DNA of 64,000 nucleotides from Mobula hypostoma (taxonomy: Eukaryota), in assembly GCF_963921235.1 (NCBI RefSeq), contig NC_086107.1:46748001-46812000 (forward strand), read 5' to 3'. Below, one piece after another: positions 11,834 through 23,619 of this stretch. Below the pieces are notes generated by a model, which was not told the origin of the DNA, did not search any database, and saw only the letters and a list, made by a program, of their open reading frames with translations. Both the position numbers and the translations under genes were made by a program. Position 1 is the first letter of the stretch. Every line of letters starts with the position of its first letter.

Positions 11834-13410
11834 AGGTGTGCCCCACTTTTCGAACGTTCGCTTTACGAAACCTCACTGTTACGAAAGACCTACATTAGTA
11901 CCCTATCTTTGCTTTCAGAAGGTGTTTTCACTGTTACGAAAAAAAAATTCAGCACGCGATAAAAAATCAGCGTGCAATAAAAGGCAGCGCGCCCCAAGCA
12001 GCCGCTTTCCCCCGGATTCTTGCCGGCATTGCTTAAACACGAGCCTGTGAGCAGCCGTATGCAAGATGAGTTCTATGGTATCGGAAAAGCCTGAAAGAGC
12101 TCGTAAGGGTGTTTTACTTACGGTAAAACTGGACATAAATAAGCGTCTTGATCGTGGTGAACGAAGTAAGGACAACGTGAGCTTGGCTTGTGGAAGTTGA
12201 CGAAGATGATGTTGAAGAGGTTTTGGCATCCCATCACCAAGAACTGACAGATGAAGAGCTGATGCAATTGCAAGAAAAAAGGATAACAATCAAAACCGAA
12301 TGAGTAATGATAAAGTACTACTTTAATTTTGAAAGGGTACATCCGTTTAGGGGATATTTGCAGGATGGTCTGAGTCCTTATTAAAAAACTGTGTGATAGA
12401 AAAATGCGCGAGGCTCAGCAGTCAAGCAAGCCTTCCACATCAGCCACAGCAGATGACGAACCTCGACCTTCGACATCGAGGCGGGCAGAGATAGGAGAAG
12501 ATGAGCTGCCTGCTCTAATGGAAACAGACGACGAGATGACACCCCAGTGTCCCACCACCCCAGCCCCCAGGCCATGGACAGATACCGATTCGTGGAGAAT
12601 GCAAAGGTAGCCGGGAGGCACACAGCACATCTTTAAGAAAAAAGCCGAACTAAACATGCTAATTAATTAGGTGCCGCCGACACGTAATTGTCGGCCCAGA
12701 TCAGAGACGACGCAATCGGAAATCGGCATTGATCTGGGCCGACAATTAAGGGCGGCACCTAATTAATTAGCATGTTTGTTTCGGCTTTTTTCTTAAAGAT
12801 GTGCTGTGTACCTCCCGGCTACCGCTGGACCCCTGCGTTCTTCGCGGCAATGTATCGGTCGGCAGCCCGGAGAGTGGGGGCCACTGCACCACCCAAACTG
12901 CGACGACTCAGTCTAACACACCATCATCAGTGTGCTCGGACCTGTCCCGATTCCCGTAAGTGATACGACACTGTACATACGTTATTTCTACTTCATATCG
13001 GCTGTGTATTATTACATGTTATCTGGTATGATTTGGCAGCTTCATAGTTTAAAGATTACTGGAGAGCGCTTGCACGTGTTTTTGCCAACAGCGCTTGCGT
13101 GAGATTTTCTGCCGACGGCGCTTGAGTGAGATTTTCACTCCGGAGAACAATTCAGTAGTAATTGTGGAAAAGTATTTCTACTTTATATAGGCTATGTATT
13201 TATCATATCATTCCTGCTTTTACTATATGTTACTGTTATTTTAGGTTTTATGTGTTATTTGGCATGCTTTGGTAGGTTATTTTTGGGTCAACGAACGCTC
13301 ACAAAATTTTCCCATATAAATAAATGGTAATTGCTTCTTCGCATTACGACATTTTGGCTTAGGAATCATTTCATAGGAACACTCTACCTTCGGATGGCGG
13401 GGGAAACCTG
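11834..13410 (+). mobile_element. Tigger/pogo (TIGD1-like) non-autonomous DNA transposon
   Basis: Termini (c)aggtgtgccccacttttcg ... ggcggggaaacctg|ta with TA flanks; short transposase remnants (MSSMVSEKPERARKG; EVDEDDVEEVLASHHQELTDEE); homologous to 52388-58729. Confidence 0.82.
12581..12856. repeat. Long imperfect inverted repeat (arms ~12581-12703 and ~12730-12856)
   Basis: ggtagccgggaggcacacagcacatctttaagaaaaaagccgaa..aattaattaggtgccgcc is mirrored as its reverse complement ending ...ctcccggctacc; inner arm taattgtcggcccagatca / tgatctgggccgacaatta. Confidence 0.9.
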
Positions 13411-13600
13411 TACATCGTTTTCTCAGATGCTTTAATCTATAGTGGTCTTGTCTACTGTATAAGCTTTAGTATTTGAAATTTCTACATTAAACTTATATTT
13501 TATCTTTGGAAAATTTATTTGACAGAATTTTGAGATGAACAATCAGCTCTAGTCAATGGGACTGAGTATATTTGCATGTTGTGTTCCACTTGAATGTCAT

Positions 13601-13910
13601 TTCCCCACTGTGTCTGAAATCAAGTGCAACCCAACACATCTGGAGGAAAACAGAATGGCTACTTTCACAGTTTCACTGACCAATTATGTACCACTGGAAA
13701 TTGGAGTGAAGTGGTTCAAAGGAGAACAACCCTTCACAGGACCTGTGAATAATAGTCAACCTCAGATTACTGCAAGTGGTCTTTTTTCTTCAACAACCAG
13801 CATAGAATTTGCTCCAGAACGATCTGATCGGGACTTGGAAGTCAGATGTACGATATTTCACTCAGAGACAAGCAAAAGAATAGAACAAAAGTTTCATTTA
13901 ACATTTTGAG
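13601..13910 (+). CDS. Ig C1-set domain exon of an upstream B7/tapasin-like (NCR3LG1-like) gene; acceptor uncertain, ends TGA-G|GTAAAT
   Basis: FPTVSEI...ATFTVSLTNYVPLEIGVKWFK...GLFSSTTSIEFAP...EVRCTIFHSET: C1-set P..I.V.W, S.L.F.P and C.V.H signatures; GT donor at 13911. Start coordinate approximate. Confidence 0.8.
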
Positions 13911-14334
13911 GTAAATGTGATTTTGTTCCACTTGTTGCCTCCAAGGATCAAGTCCGACTTCTAAAATAGCTCCCCAAACAACAGTACATCAGTGGCATAT
14001 ACAGGCCATTTGGGACAAAGATGTCTCAAGGCCCTTCATAAGTGTGTTAGCAAATTAAATTTTAACCAAAGCCCATTATGAGATGCAAGGACAGATGACC
14101 ATAAATTGAGTTAAAGCTATAGGTTTTAAGAGACATTTTGAAAAATGGAGAAGAGTAACAGAAATGTAAAAACTGAATTCCAGACTGAGAAGCGGTTGAT
14201 AGCCAATGTAGATTTTGAATATTAATAGTATTATTATTGAAAGATGACCAGGAGTTCGGAGTGGAGGAACAGAACTGAAGGTGGTAGTGCTGTATAATAG
14301 GAAGTAATTTGGAGGATTTGATTATCAAACATGA

Positions 14335-15000
14335 GAATGGCTGTTTGGAAGATTGTTTGATCGCTAAGCTTGATAAGATGTTTACAGACGTTTCGACTCC
14401 AATCAAGAAGCCATCATCAATGCGCAGTTTAGGGTGTTGTCTTCTCAGAATGCCGGCTTATGTACTCCTCAGGGGTCCGAATGGATATTGATTAGACGTC
14501 ATGATCTGGTTGGCTGGTTCAACCCTGTGAACAGTTTAGAAGATTCTGCTTGGTTAGCTTCAAGGGAGGTCCATTAGAGGTGTTTGCTTCGCTGTCCAGA
14601 TACCGAGATTACTAGCAATTCATTTCTCCGTAAGGGTTCATATACCGGATCTATATCAATGTCTTTGTCGACTGCAACTTTGAGGATGAAACTATCAACA
14701 CTCAAAGAGCAACAAAATGTGACGAACAGAACAAATGTTATCTAGAAAATGTAGTGTAGTGACTCCAACAAGTACTATGCTGGCTAAACGGGAAGAAAAC
14801 TGTTGACAAGGATATACAAGCAGCAGCTAGCGAGCAGAAGTCATGACCCACTCCAGCTAGTATCATCTCATGAAAATGAAAATGGATACCATTCCAAGCC
14901 AGACTCTTGACTCAAGCAAGAACAAGACAAGAACGAGAATTTCTTGAAGCGTGGTTCTCTACAGAAGCATCGATCAACAACTCCACTCTTTAAGAAAGGA
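14335..15000. mobile_element. Second Penelope-like family, degraded inverted pair
   Basis: Plus arm 14700-15000 gives YYAG.TGRKL...HDPLQLVS...REFLEAWFSTEASINN (GIY-YIG); minus arm gives DIDIDPVYEPLRRNE plus 3'UTR with a degenerate hammerhead (TTGATGA...GAAACGTC) at 14387-14423. Confidence 0.7.
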
Positions 15001-15429
15001 GAGAGGCAGTGTTCTAAAGGAGAGCGGTAAATGTTCTAGATCAGTACAGCTAATCATCTTACAACTAATGTGTTGGCTGCATACACTGGTCCTTCAGAAG
15101 CACTGCAAAAGGATGGAAATGGCACTCAAAAGAATAAAGACTGAGGCAAAAAAAAACCATCAAACTGCTGGATGAGTCTAGTCAGTTGAGCAGCATCTGA
15201 TGAGGGAAAGGTATTGTTGATATTTATTATTGAACGCTCCATCAGGACTGAGAGAGGAAATATCCAGTGTAAAAAATAAGAAGAGGGCAAGTGATTCGTT
15301 GACTGGGGAGAAGGGAGTTGAAAGATGACAGGCAGTTTATTACACCCTCTCAGAAATCCCATTATGATAGTAACCACCCTGCCTGCTGGAGAAATTGTGG
15401 AAATCAAAAAAAACCATTATCATATTTTC

Positions 15430-16025
15430 TGGGAATGCCCCGTTATCAGAGACTATTCGAGTGGGATACATAATGCCCTACAAAACATCTTTTAATGTGA
15501 AATACCCTTAGAGAGTAAGACCATATACTTTGGGGATATACCTCAAGAATGGTTGAAAAGAGATAAATATTTAATGAATATACTGCTGGTGGCTGGTAAA
15601 AAGACCCTTACCAGGAAATGGTTGTCACAGGAGAGCCCAACTTTAAATGTATGGGTGGAAATTACAATGGAAATTTACAAAATGGAGAAGATAACAGCAT
15701 CTGTTAATCACAAGTTGGAGCAATATTATTCATACTGAAATATATGGTTTAACTACATAACACCTCATAGGCCTGATTTTATTCTCACAAGTCAATGAAT
15801 ATGTTGTTAAAAAAAATCACTCCCTACTCTGTACATAGTTTTCTTCTTTTGATTGTTCTTTCTTTCCTCTCCTTTCTTATAAGTGTGTACCTCAGATAAA
15901 CATTATGTGAAGATTTGTGACAAATATGATTATATGATATATATGTACAGTATCTGAAATAAATCTTATGGAAATGTTTGTTTGATGATGAAATTTAATG
16001 AAAAAATAAATTACAAAAAAAAAAA
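15430..16025 (+). mobile_element. L1/Tx1-type LINE 3' fragment
   Basis: FWECPVI...LLVAGKKTLTRKWLSQESPTLNVW...MEKIT (L1 ORF2 C-terminus) followed by an A-rich tail. Confidence 0.75.
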
Positions 16026-16029
16026 TCAA

Positions 16030-16810
16030 GATGACAGGCAGATTGAGCCAGGTAGAGGAAGGGGAAGGTGGAGTGGACCAACATGATTGATGGAGGCAGA
16101 CAGCTAAGAGGGAGGTGTGGAGAGCGAAGATGGATACAGTTGCTGGAGAACGATAAGTAGGAATACAAAGGCTACCAGTGCTGGAATCTGATAAGGAAGG
16201 AGGATGATCATGGGAACCATGAGGGGAGAGGTGAAAGGCAGAGGGAATCAGGATTGGAGGTGAGGCAGTGAAGGAATCATGCATTTGGGCCTGATCCAAT
16301 ATTCAAGAAGGGAAAGGAAGTGAATTTGGTGGATATTGTGTACAGCTACTATAACAATGACATGGTTCCTGAGAAGATATAAGAGAAAAGACCTTGCATC
16401 CTTCACTCTTTTGAAATCCTGGGCCTGACCAAAAACAGCATAGTTACATTGTTGGGGTTCCTGATACGAACCCAAAGGAGAAGGCTGGCGAAAAACCACG
16501 AACCTGAAATCTCTGAAAACTGTAATGTTCAAAGACTTAAAACCACTACTAAAATTCACTTATGAAATCTAGATTTTCATTTGGTTGCAACCAGGAATCA
16601 AGTTTGACTCTTAGGAGCAGTGCTCATCATTCACAATAATAGCAATACAAGCCAGGCTATATCCTGCCAGACATAAGAATGCATGCACTATGATTAAGAC
16701 CTAAAGCAACTGACACAAAATGTTGGAAGAACGCAGAAGGTCAGACAGCATCCATGTAAATGAACAAACAGTCAAAGTTTTGGACCAAGACCTTTCTTCA
16801 AGACTGATGC
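16030..16810 (-). mobile_element. Penelope-like 3'UTR/tail fragments
   Basis: Purine-rich tract and aaatgttggaagaacgcagaaggtcagacagcatc motif homologous to the 4669-5200 arm; degenerate hammerhead remnant near 16770-16805. Confidence 0.55.
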
Positions 16811-17450
16811 ATTTGGTGCTGAAGGATGAAGAATATTTTGAAAAAGATTTCTGTTTGGTGAGTTATATGAAGAACTGAGGATGGATGGAGTTGGATGTTG
16901 TATCCTCAGGGCAGCAACATGTAAAGCTATATACTTTTGATTATTTAACTTAAAATTAAGTATTGCATCATGTTTGTATTATTTGAAATCTTTGCTACAT
17001 ATTTGGATGATTTTGAAGTTTTAACTTAGTTCACATCAAGCAATCATATGGGACGATGTCCAGCCCACAACCTATTGGTTGCAATATTTCTCTGATGCAG
17101 TGCATTAGCTCTCTTGGCAGTATCTAGAAGAGAGTGCAGAACAAAATCAAATATCTGTCTTGTCTTCTACAGTGTCTGTAAAACCAGAGTCTTCCCTTTG
17201 TGTGCAACACAACCCATGTAAGTACTGAGAAGAAGAATGGTGCTAATTGAAAGTACTCCAGAATCTCAGTGGCTGAATCTGAGCTTTACAGATCTATGAC
17301 TAATTGTTAAATCTGTCATTGAGAGAACTTACTGTAAATACTAATATTTCTTTTTTGATGAACTGTGAATGTTTACCCCTTTTGGATTCTACATGAGTGA
17401 CTGCATCAGTCTTTAATCAGATGGTAGGACGAAATATAACAGGACTAGAA

Positions 17451-19978
17451 CAGGGGTGGCCAACTGTTTACATTCCATGCATCAATTTTTTCACACACGA
17501 GTACAGATGCACCATACAACTCTTGTACCCCTATTCAATTCTTGTAAAAGTGTTAATATAGACATATTTAGCATTTTACATGATATATTGATTTAATATA
17601 AAGTAACGATAAACATTACTTACCTTAATGAGATTTTTGAGTCTGTTTTGATTTTGCCAAGCTTTTAATGTTTGGAGTTAAATTAGTTACTGAGAGCAGC
17701 AGAGAATTCTTCAAGTTTGAATCAGTCAATCGCAACCTCGTTTTGTTTTTAAACAATTTCATGGCTGAAAATGCTTGTTCACATCTGTACATCGTTCTGA
17801 AACAACAGATATAACTCTGGGCAAATTTTCTTAGTTTTGGAAGATGTTAACAGGGTAATGATCGCCAGAAATTAATCATGTCAGAAGTATTTGGGACTGA
17901 GGGAAGCTCATCAAATTTCATGTTCAATAATGAATTTGTTTTCAAGAAAATAAGTTCCATTTGTATGTTACTAGGCATCTTCATGATTTTTTGTTCACTC
18001 AGTGAAAATGGGTTTATAAATGCAAGTATGCAGTCTTCTTCTTTAGCAAAATCATGGAAATGACTTGCAATAAACTGATTTTTTCAATATATTTTGTAAA
18101 ATTGCCATTATCTTCAGCACATTCACTCTGCTCTTTTAAGTGCGGAAACTGGCTCTAATCCTCATTTTCTAACTGAGAGGTGAACAGTTTTATCTTCATC
18201 TTGAATGCATTGATATCATTTACTAAGCTAGGAAACAATTTGTTCTTGCCCTGGAGTTTCAAATTTAGATCACTGAGATGGCTGGCAACATCAACTAAAA
18301 ATGCTAAATCAAATAGCCAATTATTATCATTTAAGAGGGCTCTTTCCTCAGGCAGCTCATTTTTCTCTTCTAGAAAATTATGAACAGTATTTTTCAGTTT
18401 CCAAAATCTACTCAGAACCTGTCCTCTAGAAAGCCAGAGCACCTCACAACAAAGGACGAGATCGCTATATTCCAAATCTAACATTCTACAATATTCTCTG
18501 AATTCTCGTCTGTTTAATCCTTTTGCTCTAATTTTATTCATGCATTTCACAACCAGTAACATAACATGCTGCAAGTTTAAAGTTTTCCGCACAATGATTC
18601 TTGGTGTGTAATGCAGTGATATTTTAGTAGGGGATGACCTAAAAAGTTTTCAAGCAAAGTTGTCCCAGCGGCTTTACCTATCATTGACGGCACTCAATCA
18701 GAACAAACACCGATGAGTTTACTAGAATCTAGTTCTAGATTTTCTAGGCATGATTTTACTTTGTCAAAAATGTATGATTCTTTTGTTTTTCCATGAAACG
18801 ACTCAAGACCGATAAGTTCTTCGAAGACACTAAAATTATCATCAATTCCTCTCATAAAAATGCTTAATTATGCTACATCACATATGTCAGCAGATTCGTC
18901 CAAAGCTAAAGGAAAGGAAGTACAAGCATGGACAAGGTCTTTCAGTTGCTCAGATACATCATGACAGAGTTCTTCGGTGCGTCTCGTAACTGTTTGCTTT
19001 GACAGAGCAATTTCGTCTACCTTCCTTTCGATATTTTTGTCACCAAGTCATCTTGCAAATATTTGGAGACGAGGCTTAACAATTTCTTCTCCATGAGAGA
19101 AAGACTTTCGTTTTTTGGTCAACGCTAAAGCAATTTCGTAGGACGCTTCTGTCATCGCCAAACTTTAACAACAACTTTTGACAAATATATTTTGTCTTCT
19201 TTTGATTTCTTCCTTTTTCTTAATCACATATTCTTTCCGTAACTCAGACCCAAGCACTAGCTTCAGTTTTCCTTCTATTTCAGTCTGATGTTGTGTTTTA
19301 TAGTGTCTATTAAGATCATGTCTTCTATTATGTGAGAAAGTGTTTTCACAAACAATACCCAACAGTTTTCCGGACGGATCCACTATAAATAAGAACTTAT
19401 TTTCCCACTGTTCACTGAATTCACGCTTACAATCACTTTCTGCTTTTCTTTTGCTTTGTGATCGGTCACGGAATGTATAAACAAGGCTTAATTTTCGAAA
19501 AAGTACAAAACTGCAAATGTTCACAAAGGATGAACAAAGCACAACTCCGTAGCGAAAGAATGTCAATTGTAAACTGACTGGCAAAAACCTGTGATGCACC
19601 GCTGGTGCAGACGACTAGTGCTTCAGAATCAAACAAGTATCAAACGTGTATGGAACAGTTATAGAACGACTGCAGAACAAAAGTCCTTCTTTCCTAGTTT
19701 GACTCATTGAACATTTTTAAATTGAAAATAAATTTATGTGAAAGAAGATAACATTCCCCAAAAGATGTGCACGAAATAATAAAATCGCTAAAAATAATTG
19801 CTAAGTTTTAGATTTATTTTCAGTAAAACCCATTTCTAGCTCTAAGCTACTTGAATTCCTGTTATAGATTTTTTTCTACAAATCGGTTTTTGGTTAGTAC
19901 TTATTGCATGAGTAGGCTTATTTTTTTTATTATTATCACTGGGGTGCAATGCGCCATAGGTTGGCCATACAGTATCTG
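17451..19978 (-). mobile_element. hAT transposon (GTF2IRD2/SPIN-like), degraded
   Basis: Left TIR CAGGGGTGGCCAACT after gactagaa; diverged right end gttggcca...ctg|gtctaggg; ORFs 19165-19599 (W..KFLF...C.N.FS...NL.RHY) and 18155-18592 (EVLWLSRGQVLSRF, WLFDLAFL.D). Right boundary approximate. Confidence 0.8.
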
Positions 19979-20189
19979 GTCTAGGGCGTATCCGTGGCTC
20001 CCTAGGCAATGGGCTGCTACTGCTATTGGGAAAATTGTCTACCTCTGTTACAACTATAGTCCCGCCACTCAATGTTTCTCACGCAGACCACGTACACTCA
20101 CGAACTAGTCTTGGTCTTCGGATTTCTGCGGGGAATAAGATTTTAGCAGAATTTCTCCCCTCGTAGGGTAGAGTAAATAATGCCCATAT

Positions 20190-20510
20190 AATATAATGCC
20201 CAAGACGGTCCGGGTATTCCGGGTGATAAGACTGCTGAATGGATCCTGACCCAGATCTGGGCCGTACCCTCCAAATATCCGGACCTGCCTCGCGGTTTTT
20301 TTGCACTACCTTACTTCCCATTTTTCTATTTTCTATTTATGATTTATAATTTAAATTTTTAATATTTACTAATTTTAACTATTTTTAATATCTTTAATAT
20401 TTAATATTTGTAATCTAGGGAGTGTGAAGCGCAGAATCAAATATCGCTGTGATGATTGTACGTTCTAGTACCAATTGTTTGGCGACAATAAAATATAAAG
20501 TATAATAGAC
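20190..20510 (+). mobile_element. LINE/SINE 3' tail fragment
   Basis: AT-rich tail ending gcgacaataaaatataaagtataa; interrupts the env remnant; family not assigned. Confidence 0.45.
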
Positions 20511-20519
20511 AATATAAGT

Positions 20520-21300
20520 TCAGAACTAGAACAGCTGGCCAATGAGAAGACCCACAAAACCAGCTTACTCCGGGCACCCCATATATTCCCTTTGCCATTC
20601 ATATACTATAGAGGCGGTGAACATTAATGTTGGTCCAATTTTTACCTGTCCAGTACTCTGCTGGTCACATTGTCGGGTCGATCGGGCCACTGCATTAGGG
20701 GTGCGAAGGAGGTATCACACAAGGACAATTCTAACCCTGGTCCTGAACACAAATGGACCGGAGCCGGGGCTACGCGTGTTTTTACATATACCTCTCTTGA
20801 CAAAGTGCTAGCGTTGGAACTATTATCTGAGGCTAGAGCTTGGAGACAATAGGGGGAGCACAGTGCTGTAAATTTAGTGGTGGTACTACCCCATAACAAG
20901 ACTATTCAAGACCAGATACTTTACAGAGTTGTGAGAGTTTCGAGCAGACTCGCTGCCTGAAAAGGTATAGGCCCATAATCCTACCAATATACACAGCGAG
21001 GATTCTCTTCCAACCGGCAGGGGTTTTAGATATGCAGGACTCTGTGCAGAATGGGGAACTGCCATACAAACATAACAGTTTGTTAAATTTGCGCGGTTGG
21101 CCGTATAATTAGCAAACTGCCACTATGTATTGTATAAGTGTGGGTGACCCTGTCCTTCCTTCACATGCTCAAAACTTCTTCTCCACTTCCCTAATTTTTT
21201 GTATTTGCCCTCAGGCACTGTTGGGCACTTAATCAATCCTACCCCCAATATGATTATTACCACTGTTTCCTTCATGTTAGTCCTCTATTGAGTATATATT
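20520..21300 (-). pseudogene. Endogenous retrovirus env (SU) remnant, class-I-like
   Basis: Minus-strand frames give MKETVVIIILGVGLI (signal-like), WQFANYTANRANLTNCYVCMAVPHS (CxxC) and GVSWFCGSS (W.CG motif); frameshifted; no TM found. Confidence 0.65.
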
Positions 21301-21499
21301 TCGTTAATAATCAGTCACTATGTATATAACATGAGCTACAGGTTAGACTAGATTTCTTTTCCAGTCTCTCAATAACACTTGGTTCTTAGTTCTCAGCGCC
21401 ATTCCTTTCTGTCGGGGAAGATGTCACTTGTTCAGCGTTTATTTCGTCCTCGTTGTGGTGCAACTTGCACCTGCTGGCACGTATTCAGTCAGGTTTCCC

Positions 21500-23527
21500 C
21501 TTCACCTTAACGGCTGTACGGGTCGTCAGGAGCACTAAGTAGGGGCCTGGGAGAGAAAGAATCTTTATTCATTGATCTCACATATATTTTATCTCCCGGC
21601 TTAAATGGATGCACGTTACCTTCAGTTAAAGGTGCCTGGACTTGCCGCACCCTCTCATATAATTTCCCCGCCTCCTGACACAATGCTTGTGCGTATTTCA
21701 GTGTCTTCTCATCATTCCATATTAACGCTGCCTTTTCTGGGGTCATAGGAGGCTTAGTTCCTGTTGTCACTGGCCGCCCCATCAAAATTTCATGAGGGTT
21801 AAGTCCTGTATTTCTATTCTTCTGATTTTACAGAGTGTACATTACTGAGGGCAGTGCCTCTGGACATCCAAGACCATTTTGCTGACAAACTTCTGTCAAA
21901 GTTGCTTTTATTCCCCCATTTGCTCTTTCCACCATACCCGAGGACTGAGGCTGGTAACGGATACACAATTTCATATGGAACCCCAAGGCTTCTTTCAGTC
22001 CCTGTACTAATTTATTTGTAAAATGGGTTCCCCTGTCAATATTCATCCCTAGTGGAATTCCAAACCTAGGTATAATTTCTTTCATCAATATCTTCACCAC
22101 AGTTCTTGCATCATCTCTCCTAGTTGGATAGGACTCCGCCCATCTGGAAAACATGTCTACTTTTACTAATATATACTGTCACGTACCCCGTGACGGGTTA
22201 AAGAACCAGCAGAAATGGAAAACACTTTGAAGTCCAGTATTGCTATTATCTAATGGTATTTATTAGTAACTACGCAATACAGTAATATAACTGCAGATAA
22301 ATCAAACAGGTTAGCAATGATTATAAATAAGTAAGTGTGGAAATATATGAAAACTAAGCTTCTTCAAGTCTAGGGGTAAACAGATAGTCTTGCGATGATG
22401 AGTAAAGTTCAGTTCAGTTCGTGGTATTGTGTTATGTAGTGATGGAGAGAGAGAGAGTGAGAGAGGTTTGAGTTTTCAGATGAGCTGACTCCGTCGATCT
22501 TCCCGTTGTCCTCCGAAATCCTCTAGAAGTCACCGACTGTGACCACAACAAAGGGAACCTTTCTTCTGTGGTGAAATTGTCAACCCAGGCAAAGATTGGA
22601 CACACGAATAACTCCCCACCGGTCACACCCCTTTCACACTGCAAGAGCCACTGATCAATCCGCCTGATCGGTCCTCCAAAACCTATCTTTTCTGTGGGCA
22701 CAAGAAAGCGCATTCAGTGTCCAAAACCATGTGTCCATAGGTCTAACAGCCGACCTTCTATTTATCTCTCCATGTTGAACACCAACTGTCCATCAAGCAG
22801 CTCCTTCCTTCTCTCTCTCTGTAAGAACTTGGAAGCAGCTCATGTCCTTGCAAAAGTGTAAGCAAACTGTGAGCAGTCTTTGCCTCTCTCTCTCTTTCTT
22901 TCTCTCTCTTTTAAACAATGTGTCTGTGTTCTACAAATCTCTCTCTCTCTTTAAAAAGCACAGTTCATAGGGGTAATTCAGGACCCCGTCACAATACTTA
23001 AACCCTCTTTATGTACAATGTCAATTTGCAGGTTTTCAAAAGGCATTTCCAGTTGTGGCAGGTGATCAAATCTAGCAGGCGTCTTTCCTCTATTGTTTTG
23101 CTGGCAAACTAAACAAGTTCATGCTACGTTCTCGATAGTTACTGTTATTCCTGGGGCGTACCATTGTTAAGTGATGATGTGCTGCATCTCTCCTTTGCCC
23201 ATGTGAGCCTGACCATGTGCCAGGCAAGCCTGGGGCAAAAATAAACTATGCAGGCACACTTCTCGGCCGTCTGGGTGACACCATAGCCCGGTATTCTGGT
23301 AACTTGCAGATTTGCTCCACGCACATTTCTCTTGCTGTGAGGCAAGATTTTGGGCTTCCTGCAGCTGCTGAACATCAATACACACTGGGAGCTCCTTCCC
23401 TCCTGATTCAATCCGAGGGGTCTGTAGCATAGGTTGTCGCTGAAGGCCCACCTGTTTTGCTACCATGTCTACAAACCAATTTCCGTTGGAGACCTCATTC
23501 TCGGCTGAGGTGTGTGCCTCGCACTTT
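21500..23527 (-). pseudogene. Endogenous retrovirus pol: RNase H C-terminus and integrase (split by a solo LTR)
   Basis: IKCEAHT...GN..VD.VAKQ, GLWCHPDGR..AHGQAHMGK, FKYILVKVDMFSRWAESYP, RFGIP...DRGTHF, QSSGMVERAN, HPFKPGD.IYV. Confidence 0.88.
22177..22993 (-). mobile_element. Gypsy solo LTR (Gmr1-type related subfamily)
   Basis: tgtcacgtaccccgtgac...gaccccgtcaca with exact 4-bp TSD ATAC (22173-22176, 22994-22997); its end matches the LTR end ttacggggtacgtaaca on the other strand. Confidence 0.9.
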
Positions 23528-23619
23528 ATTTATCTATTTATATACTACTAAAACTCTCATGCTCTGTCTGTCTGTTTGTGACCTCCATTTAGCGCAAACG
23601 CTGCATTACAGTGCCTCTC

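Noticed and set aside
19985-20075. Possible PPT and 3' LTR start of the ERV on the minus strand
   Set aside because: The purine tract is poor and the sequence does not match the LTR remnant at 30484-30950.
23528-23615. Helitron-like stub (tatactactaaaactctc...) between the ERV RNase H and the CR1
   Set aside because: Too short, with no 3' hairpin or CTRR end seen; left unassigned.
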